This document shows, piece after piece, positions 9,023-17,553 of a stretch of DNA of 64,000 nucleotides. The translations under genes were made by a program, and so were the position numbers. The notes beneath the pieces are model-generated. The model was not told where the DNA came from. It saw only the letters and a program-made list of their open reading frames with translations, and made no database searches. The first letter of the stretch is position 1; each line of letters starts with the position of its first letter. This DNA comes from Gemmatimonadota bacterium (lineage in GTDB: Bacteria > Gemmatimonadota > Gemmatimonadetes > Gemmatimonadales > GWC2-71-9): assembly GCA_016720805.1 (NCBI GenBank), contig JADKJZ010000002.1, positions 213,617-277,616 of the forward strand, written 5' to 3'.

Positions 9023-9469
9023 ATGCTCACTCGCCTCCTCGACCACCTGATCTGGGCCGACCTCCGCACCGCGGATGCGCTCGCCACATTGCCGATGCCC
9101 GACGCCGAGCTGCTGCGGCTCTACGCCCACCTGCTCGGCGCCGAGGCGGTGTGGCTGGCCCGGATTGCCGGGCGCAGCGGTGATGTGCTGGTGTGGCCAA
9201 CGCTCTCCCTCGAGGAATGTCGCCAGCTCGCGGCCACCAATCACGCCGAGTTCGTGACGATGCAGGGCGCCCTCGACGATGGTGACGGCGAGCGGGTGGT
9301 CAGCTACGCCAACACGCGCGGTGAGCGCTTCGACAACACCGTGAACGAGATCCTCCATCATGTCTGCCTGCACGGGATGTATCATCGCGGCCAGGTGATG
9401 CTCGGCATCCGGCAGGAAGAGGGGACGCCAATCTCGACCGATTTCATCGTCTTCGCCCGCGGCGCATAA
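9023..9469 (+). CDS. DinB-family protein
   Basis: MLTRLLDHLIWADLRTADAL.. and C-terminal HHVCLHGMYHRGQV are typical of the DinB four-helix-bundle metalloproteins. Confidence 0.8.
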   Translation: MLTRLLDHLIWADLRTADALATLPMPDAELLRLYAHLLGAEAVWLARIAGRSGDVLVWPTLSLEECRQLAATNHAEFVTMQGALDDGDGERVVSYANTRGERFDNTVNEILHHVCLHGMYHRGQVMLGIRQEEGTPISTDFIVFARGA

Positions 9470-9485
9470 CCACCCCGCAGGACCG

Positions 9486-9528
9486 CCGGCCGAGGCAGGG
9501 AACTCCCTGCCTCGGCCGTTTTATTATT
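9486..9528 (+). terminator. Rho-independent terminator
   Basis: Stem ccggccgaggcaggg / ccctgcctcggcc, loop aact, followed by gttttattatt. Lies directly after the DinB stop (9469). Confidence 0.8.
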
Positions 9529-9533
9529 GGCGC

Positions 9534-10235
9534 ATGATCACCTTCCTTCTGGCGATGAGCGCCCTCGCGCCCGCCGACACGGCCAAGACCGTGAAGTTCA
9601 CCGTGGACGCCGGCTTCGTGAACACCACCGGCAACACCGAGATCACCTCCGTCAACCTCGGCAACAAGATCGAGGCCACCCAGCGCGGCTGGAAGTTCAC
9701 CCAGACCGGCGGCGTGGTCTACGGCAAGAACGACGGCGAGGTCAACACTTCACTCTGGCTGGCCTCGCTGCGGGGCGCACGCGATCTCTCCGCGAAGGTC
9801 TCGCTCTTCGTCGTGACGGAGTTCGACCGCAATACCTTCGCCGGCATCTCCTCGCGCTATGCGCCGCAGCTCGGCGTCGCCGCGAAGCTCGTTGATGCGG
9901 AGAAGGACAAGCTCCGCGCCGAGGTCGGCGGCGGCTACACCTGGCAGAACGCCGTGGCGGTCGGAAAGAGCGCGGAGTTCGCGGCCGGTCGCGGGGCGCT
10001 GCTCTATGCGCGCCAGCTCGGCCCCAAGGCGAGCTTCGGGCAGACGCTGGAGTTCCTCCCCAACTTCAAGACCAGCGACGACCTGCGCATCAACAGCGAA
10101 ACCGCCCTCACCGCGCCGCTGGCGAGTGGCGTCGCGATGAAGGCGAGCTACGTGATCCGCTACGACGGGCTCCCCGAAACGGGCTTCCGCAAAACGGATC
10201 GGATTCTCACCACGGGGCTGCAGCTGGCATTCTGA
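9534..10235 (+). CDS. DUF481 (YdiY-like) outer-membrane beta-barrel protein
   Basis: Signal peptide, alternating beta-strand pattern, and C-terminal SYVIRYDGLPETGFRKTDRILTTGLQLAF, characteristic of DUF481. Confidence 0.75.
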   Translation: MITFLLAMSALAPADTAKTVKFTVDAGFVNTTGNTEITSVNLGNKIEATQRGWKFTQTGGVVYGKNDGEVNTSLWLASLRGARDLSAKVSLFVVTEFDRNTFAGISSRYAPQLGVAAKLVDAEKDKLRAEVGGGYTWQNAVAVGKSAEFAAGRGALLYARQLGPKASFGQTLEFLPNFKTSDDLRINSETALTAPLASGVAMKASYVIRYDGLPETGFRKTDRILTTGLQLAF

Positions 10236-10340
10236 TTGGGCCGGGGGCGTCCGGGCCGCGGAAGGGTTACCTTCTGGGGATCCGGGCGCCTGGCTGGTGG
10301 CGGGCGTCGTCCTGTCGCGTCGTGCCCGCCGGAGCCACCT

Positions 10341-11132
10341 ATGCTGCATGTCGCCCGCTGCGCCCTCCTGCTCGCCCTGCTTCCCGCAGGGCTGGTGGCG
10401 CAGGCGGGCACCACACCGCCGCCGACGGGCGCGGTGCCCCCCGCAGTGGCGCCGGCGCCTGCGCCGAAGCCCCCCAGCGTGATCAAGTTCACCGGCGATC
10501 TCGGCTACGTCAGCACCGCGGGCAATTCGTCGGTCCAGACCTTGAACCTCGGCGACCGGGTCAGCGCCAAGTTCGGCGTGGTCACCATCTCGCAGCAGTT
10601 CTCGCTGGTCCACGGTCGCAGCAAGGGGAAGACGGTCACTTCGCTCTATCGGGCGCAGGTGCGCTCGGACTATTCCCTGCAGGCCACCTTCGGGCTCTAT
10701 GCCCAGGTGAACTACGAACGAAACGTCTTCGCGGGCCTGGCCTCGCGGGTCGCGACCAACACCGGGCTCACGGCACTGCTGCACGCCGACCCACGCCACC
10801 GCTGGTTGCTTGAGGGCGGCGTATCGGTCACCGCGCAGCGCTCGGTCGATCCGGTCACCCGGCCGAACCAGGACTTCCTCGGTGGGCGTGCGGCGACGTC
10901 GTACACCCACAGGCTCGGCGCCAAGGCGTCATTCGCACAATCGGTCGAGCTGCTGCCGAACTTTCGTGACCGGGAAGACCTGCGCATCAACACCGAGAGC
11001 ACCGTGGTGGCGCCGATCACCAAGGAGGTCGGCGTCAAGCTGAGCTACGTGATCCGCTACGACGGCCTGCCGCAGCCGGGCTTCCTCTCGACGGACCGCC
11101 TCTTCACCTCCGGCATTCAGATCACGCTCTGA
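10341..11132 (+). CDS. DUF481 outer-membrane protein, tandem paralog with Pro/Ala-rich linker
   Basis: ATG 10341 gives MLHVARCALLLALLPAGLVAQA. Ends SYVIRYDGLPQPGFLSTDRLFTSGIQITL, colinear with the preceding gene. Confidence 0.75.
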   Translation: MLHVARCALLLALLPAGLVAQAGTTPPPTGAVPPAVAPAPAPKPPSVIKFTGDLGYVSTAGNSSVQTLNLGDRVSAKFGVVTISQQFSLVHGRSKGKTVTSLYRAQVRSDYSLQATFGLYAQVNYERNVFAGLASRVATNTGLTALLHADPRHRWLLEGGVSVTAQRSVDPVTRPNQDFLGGRAATSYTHRLGAKASFAQSVELLPNFRDREDLRINTESTVVAPITKEVGVKLSYVIRYDGLPQPGFLSTDRLFTSGIQITL

Positions 11133-11154
11133 TGGGGATGCGCTCGATGTCTGG

Positions 11155-11775
11155 TTGCGAGCCACGCGCATGACGTCGCCCCGCCCGCCGCTGGCCGAGC
11201 CGCCCGACCTGCGAGCGGCGCTCCGAGCAGAACCGGCGCTGCGCAAGGTGTTCAGCGCGCTCGCCTATACCCATCAACGGGAACACATCGAGGCGCTGCT
11301 CACCGCCAAGAAGCCGGAGACGCGGGCGCGGCGGCTGGCGAAGACCCTCGACATGCTCCGCAGCGACCAGCCAGCGCGCGTTGCCACCAATTCCACCCGG
11401 CCGACCGTCGCCAAGATGGGGCTCCGCGCCGGGCAGCGGCTGCTGGTGCTCGATGCCGACACAGCGGCGCGCGCGACCTTCGCCACGTTGCCCGCCGGTG
11501 TCGAACGCCTCAGTCGCGCGGCAACGGCAAATGCCGACGTGGTGGTCCTCTACGCCCTCACGGCCGAGGCACTCGTCCGCCGACTCCCGACGGCGCTCAA
11601 GGCGCTCGTGGCTGGTGGCACGCTCTGGGTGGCGTATCCGAAGCAGTCCTCCGGCCGCGCCACGACGCTCACCCGCGACCACGGCTGGGCGGCAATGCAC
11701 GCCGCCGGCTGGCGCGGCATCACCCTGATTGCCTTCGACGACCACTGGTCTGGAGAGAAATGTCGCCATGAGTGA
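11155..11775 (+). CDS. YdeI/OmpD-associated domain fused to a DUF3052-like domain
   Basis: N-terminal FSALAYTHQREHIEALLTAKKPETRARRLAKTLDML, then LLVLDAD..DVVVLYA..LWVAYPKQSS. The start could also be the ATG at 11170. Confidence 0.55.
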   Translation: MRATRMTSPRPPLAEPPDLRAALRAEPALRKVFSALAYTHQREHIEALLTAKKPETRARRLAKTLDMLRSDQPARVATNSTRPTVAKMGLRAGQRLLVLDADTAARATFATLPAGVERLSRAATANADVVVLYALTAEALVRRLPTALKALVAGGTLWVAYPKQSSGRATTLTRDHGWAAMHAAGWRGITLIAFDDHWSGEKCRHE

Positions 11776-12295
11776 CCCACGTTATCCCATCGGACCCTTC
11801 GTCGCGCCCACCGGGTGGGACGACCATCTCGTGGCGATGTGGCGCGGCGCGATCGCCGAACTGCCGCGCGCGCTCCGCGCCACCGTCTCGACTCTCGACG
11901 ATGCCGCGCTCGACACCCCGTATCGCGACGGGGGCTGGACGGTGCGCCAGATCGTCCACCATCTGGCCGACTCGCACCTCAATGCCTACCTGCGCTTCAA
12001 GTTGGCGCTGACCGAGGAGAATCCGGTCATTCGCCCCTATTCGCAGGAGGCGTTCGCCAAGCTCCCCGACTCGACGCACCTCACGGTGGCGCCGTCGCTG
12101 GAGATGCTCGAAGGACTCCACGTTCGCTGGGGGATGCTGCTGTCCACCCTTGACGACGCGGCGTTGCACCGCACCTTTGTGCACCCCGAGTACAACAAGA
12201 CCTTCACCCTGGGCCACACCCTGGCGCTCTATGCCTGGCATGGCCAGCACCATACTGCGCAGATCATCGCCCTGTGCAACAGCCGGGGTTGGTAG
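11768..12295 (+). CDS. DinB_2/YfiT-like putative metal-dependent hydrolase or thiol transferase
   Basis: MSDPRYPIGPF.., GGWTVRQIVHHLADSHLNAYLRFKLAL, and LYAWHGQHHTAQI (His triad pattern of YfiT-type proteins). Overlaps the preceding stop by 8 nt. Confidence 0.75.
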   Translation: MSDPRYPIGPFVAPTGWDDHLVAMWRGAIAELPRALRATVSTLDDAALDTPYRDGGWTVRQIVHHLADSHLNAYLRFKLALTEENPVIRPYSQEAFAKLPDSTHLTVAPSLEMLEGLHVRWGMLLSTLDDAALHRTFVHPEYNKTFTLGHTLALYAWHGQHHTAQIIALCNSRGW

Positions 12296-12341
12296 CGGCA
12301 CCGCAGCTCACGCTCGTTTCTTCCTTTCTTGGAGATCGCAG

Positions 12342-12707
12342 ATGGAGCGACAGAAGGTCGTCGGAATCGGGGGCATCGTCCTCTTTGCCGACAATGCGGA
12401 TTCCCTCGCGCACTGGTACGAGCGCCACCTCGGCCTCTTCTTCACCCGCGAACCCGGCAGCCACGAGTGGTGGTGTGACTTCGGCGGCCTCTCCTTCTCG
12501 ATTCATCAGGCAAAGCACCCGCTCGCACACGACCGGCGCCAGGTCGAGATCACCTGGTACGTGAACGACCTCGACGCCCTCACCGAACAGCTCGGCGAAC
12601 TCGGCGTCACCCTCGCCGAACGGCAGGAAACCATCGACGGCGACTTCGCCTGGCTCGATGACCCGGAAGGGAATCGGGTGGAGTTGTGGCAGGCGCCGGG
12701 CAACTGA
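12342..12707 (+). CDS. VOC (glyoxalase/bleomycin-resistance) family protein
   Basis: ggag Shine-Dalgarno at 12331, ATG 12342. MERQKVVGIGGIVLFADNADSLAHWYERHLGL.. and DPEGNRVELWQ are typical of VOC folds. Confidence 0.75.
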   Translation: MERQKVVGIGGIVLFADNADSLAHWYERHLGLFFTREPGSHEWWCDFGGLSFSIHQAKHPLAHDRRQVEITWYVNDLDALTEQLGELGVTLAERQETIDGDFAWLDDPEGNRVELWQAPGN

Positions 12708-12727
12708 GCTGATTTGTAGCGACTGGT

Positions 12728-12763
12728 TATCGATCATCGATGATCGATCATCGATGATCGATG
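12728..12763. repeat. Heptamer-array palindrome, unit GATCATC / GATGATC
   Basis: tatcgatcatcgatgatcgatcatcgatgatcgatgg is self-complementary. Lies between convergent stops at 12707 and 12771. Confidence 0.8.
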
Positions 12764-12770
12764 GCCAGAT

Positions 12771-13334
12771 TCATGACCCCGGACCCATCCTGCTCCGATC
12801 CGGAAACTCACTCCTCAGCTGTGCCGTCCCCTCGATCATCACCCGCATCGCCGCTTCGGGCAGGGCACTCACGCCGACCACGGTGAGGGCCGGTGGCGCG
12901 TCCTTCCCGAGCACGTCGAGGATGGCGGTGCGCACGGTCTCGACGGCCTCGGTCGAGGGATCACGGAGGTAGACGGTCAGGCGGACCACGTCGCCGGGGA
13001 CGCCGCGCGCGGCGCGCACGACGGTGACGAAGTTCCCAAGTGCCTGGCGGACCTGACCATTCAGGTCGGTGCCGACGAGGCGGCCGGCCGAATCGACCGG
13101 CACCATCCCCGAGACCTGCACCGTGAAGCCGACGCGGACCGCCGCCGGCATGCCGTCGAGCGTCGGGACGGAGGGTGCCACGATCCGCTCTGGTGTGGCG
13201 GAGGGCGTCGGCATCATCCCCGGCGGGGTGCGCGGCGCGGCGGGCGCGCAGGCGGTGAGGGTCAGTCCGATGGTGAGCAGGGCAGCGGCAGTCGGTCGCA
13301 TCGTCGTCCGGGGGATGAGGGGAAGGAGTCTCAT
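12771..13334 (-). CDS. RidA/YjgF-family protein with lipoprotein signal
   Basis: LTIGLTLTAC lipobox, then GFTVQVSGMVPVD.., VRLTVYLRD, and a RidA-like C-terminus. ATGA overlap with the upstream 5'-nucleotidase stop. Confidence 0.7.
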   Translation of the reverse strand: MRLLPLIPRTTMRPTAAALLTIGLTLTACAPAAPRTPPGMMPTPSATPERIVAPSVPTLDGMPAAVRVGFTVQVSGMVPVDSAGRLVGTDLNGQVRQALGNFVTVVRAARGVPGDVVRLTVYLRDPSTEAVETVRTAILDVLGKDAPPALTVVGVSALPEAAMRVMIEGTAQLRSEFPDRSRMGPGS

Positions 13335-14812
13335 GGAGCGCCGTACACCGCACGCAGCCGATCGATCACGGCTTGGCGGATGTCGCGGTACGTGGTGATC
13401 GGTCCGAGCCCGGCGTTGCCCGGGGCGAGGTAGCCGAGGCCTTTCTCCTTGCCGGTGAGCAGGAAATCGGTGGTGGCCACGGTGTAGCGCCTCGTCGGGT
13501 CGAGTGGTGCGCCGCCGACCAGCCAGCGGTCACCGTCGCGCGTGACACCCACGGGATGGAGATAGCCACCGGTGCCGCGATTGGCCTCGCCCTGCTCCAG
13601 CACCTGCGCGAGCAGCGCACCGGTCATCGTCGTGCCGCTGACACGGCCCCCGAAGGGGAGGATGCGGATCACGTCGTACTGGGTCACCGGACCCGGAGCC
13701 AGGACATCGTCGATGCGGATCGAGCCGCCGTTCATCAGGCCGACCTCCGCCCCGGGCACTTCGGCGCGCAACGCCTCGGCGATCACCGTCGTGAGCCGAC
13801 CCGGCCGTACCCGCACCGTGGCCTCGCGGCCATCCAGTGCCTCCGTCAGCGTCGTGACCGTGGCCCGCGGCTCCATCCCGGCCGCGCGGTAGGCCGAGTC
13901 GCCACGGGCGACCCAGGTGCCCACCTCCCGCGCGACGGCCGGATCTTCGCGCAGGGACGAATCGATCGGCACGAAGCGCACATCGACCACCGGCCGGGCA
14001 CCGCGGCCCGCCACCGTCAGCCGGACCAACGCAACGCTACGGACATTGGCATCCGCCTTCACGATCGGCGTGAAGTGCGCGCCGCGGCGGATCAGGTAGT
14101 TCTCGTGCTCATGGCCGCCAATGATCAGCGCGATCTCGGGCAACCGTTCCGCCAGTTGCTGGTCGGCCGCGAGCGTCTGGTGCGTCAGCGCAATGATGAC
14201 GTCGACGTTGCTGTCGGCGAGGGCGGCAACCTCCCGGGTGGCGGCGGTCAGCGGCTCCTCGAAGCGCGTCCAGGCCGGAGCGTTGTCACGCAGCATGACC
14301 GCGAAGAGTCCCACCCGAAGGCTCCCACCCGGGGTGCGCACCCGCAGCACCGTGCTGGCCACCGTGTTGGGAAAGCGCTTCCCGCTGCTGTCGACGACGT
14401 TGGCGATCACCACGGGGAAGCGGGCTTCCGCCATCCGGGCCCGGAACTCCGCCTCCCGCAGGTCGAATTCGTGATTGCCCAAGGTGGCCCAGCTCACGCC
14501 GACGGCGTTCAGGACCGATACCATCTGGCGGCCGGCCAGTCGCTCCCCCCCGATCTCTGCCAGGCCGAGGGCCGACGGAGAGAGGAAGTCACCACCGAGG
14601 GTGGTCACCACCCCGGGCAGGGTCCGGCGCAGCTGCTTGGCGAGGGTCGCCACTCGGGCCAGACCGCCGATCTGCCCGCCATCGATGGCACCGATCTCGT
14701 AGACGTCGTTGAAATGCAGGAAGGTCGCCGTTCTGGGCGCCCGCCCCTGAGCCGGGGTGGCTCCCGGGAGGGTGACGAGGAGGGCGAGCAGCAGGCTCAG
14801 GGCACGGCGCAT
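13331..14812 (-). CDS. Secreted bifunctional metallophosphatase / 5'-nucleotidase (UshA-like)
   Basis: ATG 14812 gives MRRALSLLLALLVTLPGATPAQG. Motifs NDVYE, GGDFLSPS, GNHEFD, GGHEHE. Confidence 0.85.
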   Translation of the reverse strand: MRRALSLLLALLVTLPGATPAQGRAPRTATFLHFNDVYEIGAIDGGQIGGLARVATLAKQLRRTLPGVVTTLGGDFLSPSALGLAEIGGERLAGRQMVSVLNAVGVSWATLGNHEFDLREAEFRARMAEARFPVVIANVVDSSGKRFPNTVASTVLRVRTPGGSLRVGLFAVMLRDNAPAWTRFEEPLTAATREVAALADSNVDVIIALTHQTLAADQQLAERLPEIALIIGGHEHENYLIRRGAHFTPIVKADANVRSVALVRLTVAGRGARPVVDVRFVPIDSSLREDPAVAREVGTWVARGDSAYRAAGMEPRATVTTLTEALDGREATVRVRPGRLTTVIAEALRAEVPGAEVGLMNGGSIRIDDVLAPGPVTQYDVIRILPFGGRVSGTTMTGALLAQVLEQGEANRGTGGYLHPVGVTRDGDRWLVGGAPLDPTRRYTVATTDFLLTGKEKGLGYLAPGNAGLGPITTYRDIRQAVIDRLRAVYGAP

Positions 14813-14939
14813 GGCGGGTCCGGGAAAGAGGCAACTCCGCAATCTGCCCCCCCGGGGGGCTGGCCCGCCAGCGCTCGTCTGTGCATCGTTCCGCCCGCGG
14901 GGCGTCCCCCCCGTCGTTCACCTTACAGAGGATGTTGCC

Positions 14940-15833
14940 ATGCGGAAGATCGGTCTGGCCCTTGCGGCCGTCGTTGCCCTGAGCGGCTGTGTCAGCAAGA
15001 AGTCCTACGACCAGCTCGTGCTCGAACAGCAACGGGTCACCGAACAGAAGGACTCGCTCGTCGCGGATGTGCTCGCGGCCACGCAGATGGTCACCGAGAT
15101 CAACACCGATCTCGCCCGCGTCAAGGCGCTGGGCGTCTCGCCGGTCGCCGGCGGGGATCGGCCGCTCGCCGGCCGCGCCGAAGAGCGCGCGGTCCTCCTC
15201 GGCAAGGTGCGCGAGGTGATCGCCCGCCTCGACGCCGCCGAGCAGCAGATCGCGGCCCAGAAGAAGCGGATCGGCGGGCTGTCGGCCGAGCGGACCAAGC
15301 TCGTTGCCCAGCTCGATACCTTCCAGAAGTCGATCAATGACCTCCGCGTCGCCGCGCAGGAGCAGGAGGCGATGATCTCGGAACAGAAGGTCCAGATCGC
15401 GACGCTGACGTCGCAGGTCGACACGCTGAACCAGAAGACGGTGCAGCTGACCACCGAGAAGACCGCGGTGCAGGACACCCTCGTCCGCGTGATCGACGAG
15501 AGCAACGTCGTGTACTATGCCGTCGGTACCAAGGAGGAGCTGCTCAAGCGCGGCATTCTCGTGACCGAGGGGAGCAAGTTCCTGGTCTTCGGGAGCAAGA
15601 CGCTGCAGCCGGCCCGCGACCTCAAGCCGGAGCTCTTCCAGCGGCTCGATCGCCGTCGCGACACCATCCTCACGGTGCCGGAGCCGAACAAGGAATACCG
15701 CATCGTGACGCGGCAGAGCGCCTCCTTCCTCGCCTCGACCGTGATGTCGAACGGCAAGGTGAAGGGTGACCTGCACATCTCGTCGCCGGAGTTCTGGGAC
15801 GGCGGGAAGTTCCTGATTCTGGTCAGGGATTGA
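14940..15833 (+). CDS. Coiled-coil lipoprotein, function unknown
   Basis: ATG 14940 gives MRKIGLALAAVVALSGC (lipobox). About 170 aa of heptad-like Q/L/E-rich sequence, then a globular C-terminus. Confidence 0.6.
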   Translation: MRKIGLALAAVVALSGCVSKKSYDQLVLEQQRVTEQKDSLVADVLAATQMVTEINTDLARVKALGVSPVAGGDRPLAGRAEERAVLLGKVREVIARLDAAEQQIAAQKKRIGGLSAERTKLVAQLDTFQKSINDLRVAAQEQEAMISEQKVQIATLTSQVDTLNQKTVQLTTEKTAVQDTLVRVIDESNVVYYAVGTKEELLKRGILVTEGSKFLVFGSKTLQPARDLKPELFQRLDRRRDTILTVPEPNKEYRIVTRQSASFLASTVMSNGKVKGDLHISSPEFWDGGKFLILVRD

Positions 15834-15840
15834 TCTTTAG

Positions 15841-15951
15841 GCGTTAGTCATTAGTCGTTAGTCGTTAGTTGCGTGATCGGAGGTCGCTACCCGTGGTTCA
15901 TGATTCGGGTGTGACTAACGACCAACGACCAACGACTAACGACTAACGACT
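15841..15951. repeat. Heptamer-array hairpin element, unit AGTCGTT / AACGACT (same family as 5184-5261)
   Basis: Left arm 15841-15870, right arm 15913-15951 (five aacgacc/aacgact units). About 40-nt spacer. Confidence 0.85.
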
Positions 15952-15974
15952 TTCGTCTCCAACCGAGCACTCCC

Positions 15975-16433
15975 ATGCGCCTCCGCTCCCTCCTCCCCAC
16001 CCTCCTTCTCCTCGCCGGCGCCGCATCCGTCGCGGCGGCCACTCGCGCTCCGGCTCCGGCACCGCTGGCAATCCGCGTGGTGAAGTCGCCGTCCTGCGGC
16101 TGCTGCACGGCGTGGGTGGACTACCTGAAGACCAAGGGCTTCACCGTCACCGTCGAGGCGCGTGAGGAATTCACGGCGCTGAAGCGGGCGAACGGCGTGA
16201 CGCCGGCGCTGGAGTCGTGCCACACCGCCTTCATCAACGGCTATGTCGTGGAGGGACACGTCCCGGCCGAGCTGATCAAGCAGTTGATCGCGACCAAGCC
16301 GGCGGGTGTGAAGGGCATCGCGGTCCCCGGGATGCCGATCGGGTCGCCTGGGATGGAGCAGGGGCCGCCACAGCGTTACACCGTCTACACCTTCGATGCG
16401 AAGGGGAAGGCGACGGTCTTCGCACAGCGATGA
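15975..16433 (+). CDS. DUF411 (CopG-like) periplasmic metal-binding protein
   Basis: Signal peptide. SPSCGCC and GYVVEGHVP motifs are characteristic of DUF411. Confidence 0.8.
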   Translation: MRLRSLLPTLLLLAGAASVAAATRAPAPAPLAIRVVKSPSCGCCTAWVDYLKTKGFTVTVEAREEFTALKRANGVTPALESCHTAFINGYVVEGHVPAELIKQLIATKPAGVKGIAVPGMPIGSPGMEQGPPQRYTVYTFDAKGKATVFAQR

Positions 16434-16645
16434 GTGAGGATCGGGTGGCGCAGATCCGCGCCGCTGTGCTTCGGATGGTGATCGGCGTCATCGCGGTGGA
16501 TGCGGTGGCGCTGATCGTCTTGTATGTGGGGCACATCGACCAGCGGCCGAGTTGGCGCTGGCCGATGCTTGGCGTCTGGCTGCTCGCGACCCTCGCCGTG
16601 GTGCTCCCCGGGTTGCGCGCGGTGCGGATCGCCCGACGCGGCTAG
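16430..16645 (+). CDS. Small two-TM membrane protein
   Basis: ATGA overlap with the DUF411 stop. The 71-aa product has two hydrophobic helices (VIGVIAVDAVALIVLYV, LGVWLLATLAVVLPGL). Confidence 0.45.
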   Translation: MSEDRVAQIRAAVLRMVIGVIAVDAVALIVLYVGHIDQRPSWRWPMLGVWLLATLAVVLPGLRAVRIARRG

Positions 16646-16646
16646 C

Positions 16647-17417
16647 CTACTGCGGCTGCGGCTCCCGTGCCAGTTCGTCCCGGAGCCGGTTCCGCGCCGT
16701 CAGGATCCGCTCCCGCACCCGCTCCCGCAGCGCCGGCACATCCGCCATTGTCAGCCCTGCGGTCGGCTCGGCCGCCAACACCTCGACAATCGCGTGGGTC
16801 GTCCCGATGCGCCAATCGTGCTTGGCGATCGCGTGGCGCGTGCCGTAGAGCGCCAACGGGAGGATCGGGACGCCGGCCTCGACCGCCAGCCGGAACGCGC
16901 CGTCCTTGAACGGCAGCATCGCCTCCTCCGGTGAGCGCGTCCCCTCGGGGAAGATCATCACCGAGACATGGTCCTTCAGCCGGCGCTTGCACTCGTTCAT
17001 CGCGTCCTTCGCGCTGGTGCCGCGCCCCCGCTTCACCCCGATGTCCATCGCCGCCCAGAGCAGCCAGCCGAGGAACGGGATCCGGAAGATCTCGACCTTG
17101 CTGAGCCACTTCATCTCCCACGGCAGGTGGGTGAGCAGCAGCATGTCGGCGAACGACTCGTGGTTCGACACCACCACATACGGGTGCCGCGGATCGGCCG
17201 GCATCACGCCCCGGGTCTCGAAGCGCCAGCGCGGCGTGATGAACGCCACGAACGGCCCGATGTTCCGGAACCAGCGGCCACCCCGGTAGTTCCAGCGATC
17301 CCACGGCCACGCCACCGCCCGGTAGAGCAGCACGCACGGCAGGGTCACCACCAGCGCCATGGCCAGGAGGGTCCAGGTCCAGATGGAGGCGAGGGTGGTT
17401 CGGAAGCGGGTGGGCAT
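16647..17417 (-). CDS. plsC: 1-acyl-sn-glycerol-3-phosphate acyltransferase
   Basis: NHESFAD (HX4D) and FPEGTRS motifs. ATG at 17417; the track starts at TTG 17426. Confidence 0.85.
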   Translation of the reverse strand: MPTRFRTTLASIWTWTLLAMALVVTLPCVLLYRAVAWPWDRWNYRGGRWFRNIGPFVAFITPRWRFETRGVMPADPRHPYVVVSNHESFADMLLLTHLPWEMKWLSKVEIFRIPFLGWLLWAAMDIGVKRGRGTSAKDAMNECKRRLKDHVSVMIFPEGTRSPEEAMLPFKDGAFRLAVEAGVPILPLALYGTRHAIAKHDWRIGTTHAIVEVLAAEPTAGLTMADVPALRERVRERILTARNRLRDELAREPQPQ

Positions 17418-17424
17418 GGGGAGC

Positions 17425-17538
17425 AAACGTAAACGGTGAACGGTGAACGGTGAACGGGGGTGGGGGCCATGGGGTAAGGCCCCGTTTCACGTTTCACCCC
17501 TCGCCCCGGCCGTCACCGTTCACCGTTCACCGTTCACC
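17425..17538. repeat. Heptamer-array hairpin element, unit GAACGGT / ACCGTTC
   Basis: Left arm 17425-17458 (aaacgt aaacggt gaacggt gaacggt gaacggg). Right arm 17511-17538. Inner ggggcc..ggcccc hairpin and a cgtttcacgtttcac sub-repeat. Confidence 0.85.
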
Positions 17539-17553
17539 ATCTATTATCCCCGC

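Noticed and set aside
14846-14860. C7/G6 homopolymer palindrome (ccccccc gggggg) in the divergent region between the 5'-nucleotidase and the lipoprotein gene, as a phase-variation tract
   Set aside because: It is a single short occurrence outside coding sequence, and no variation data are available. I noted it but there is not enough support to call it a contingency locus.
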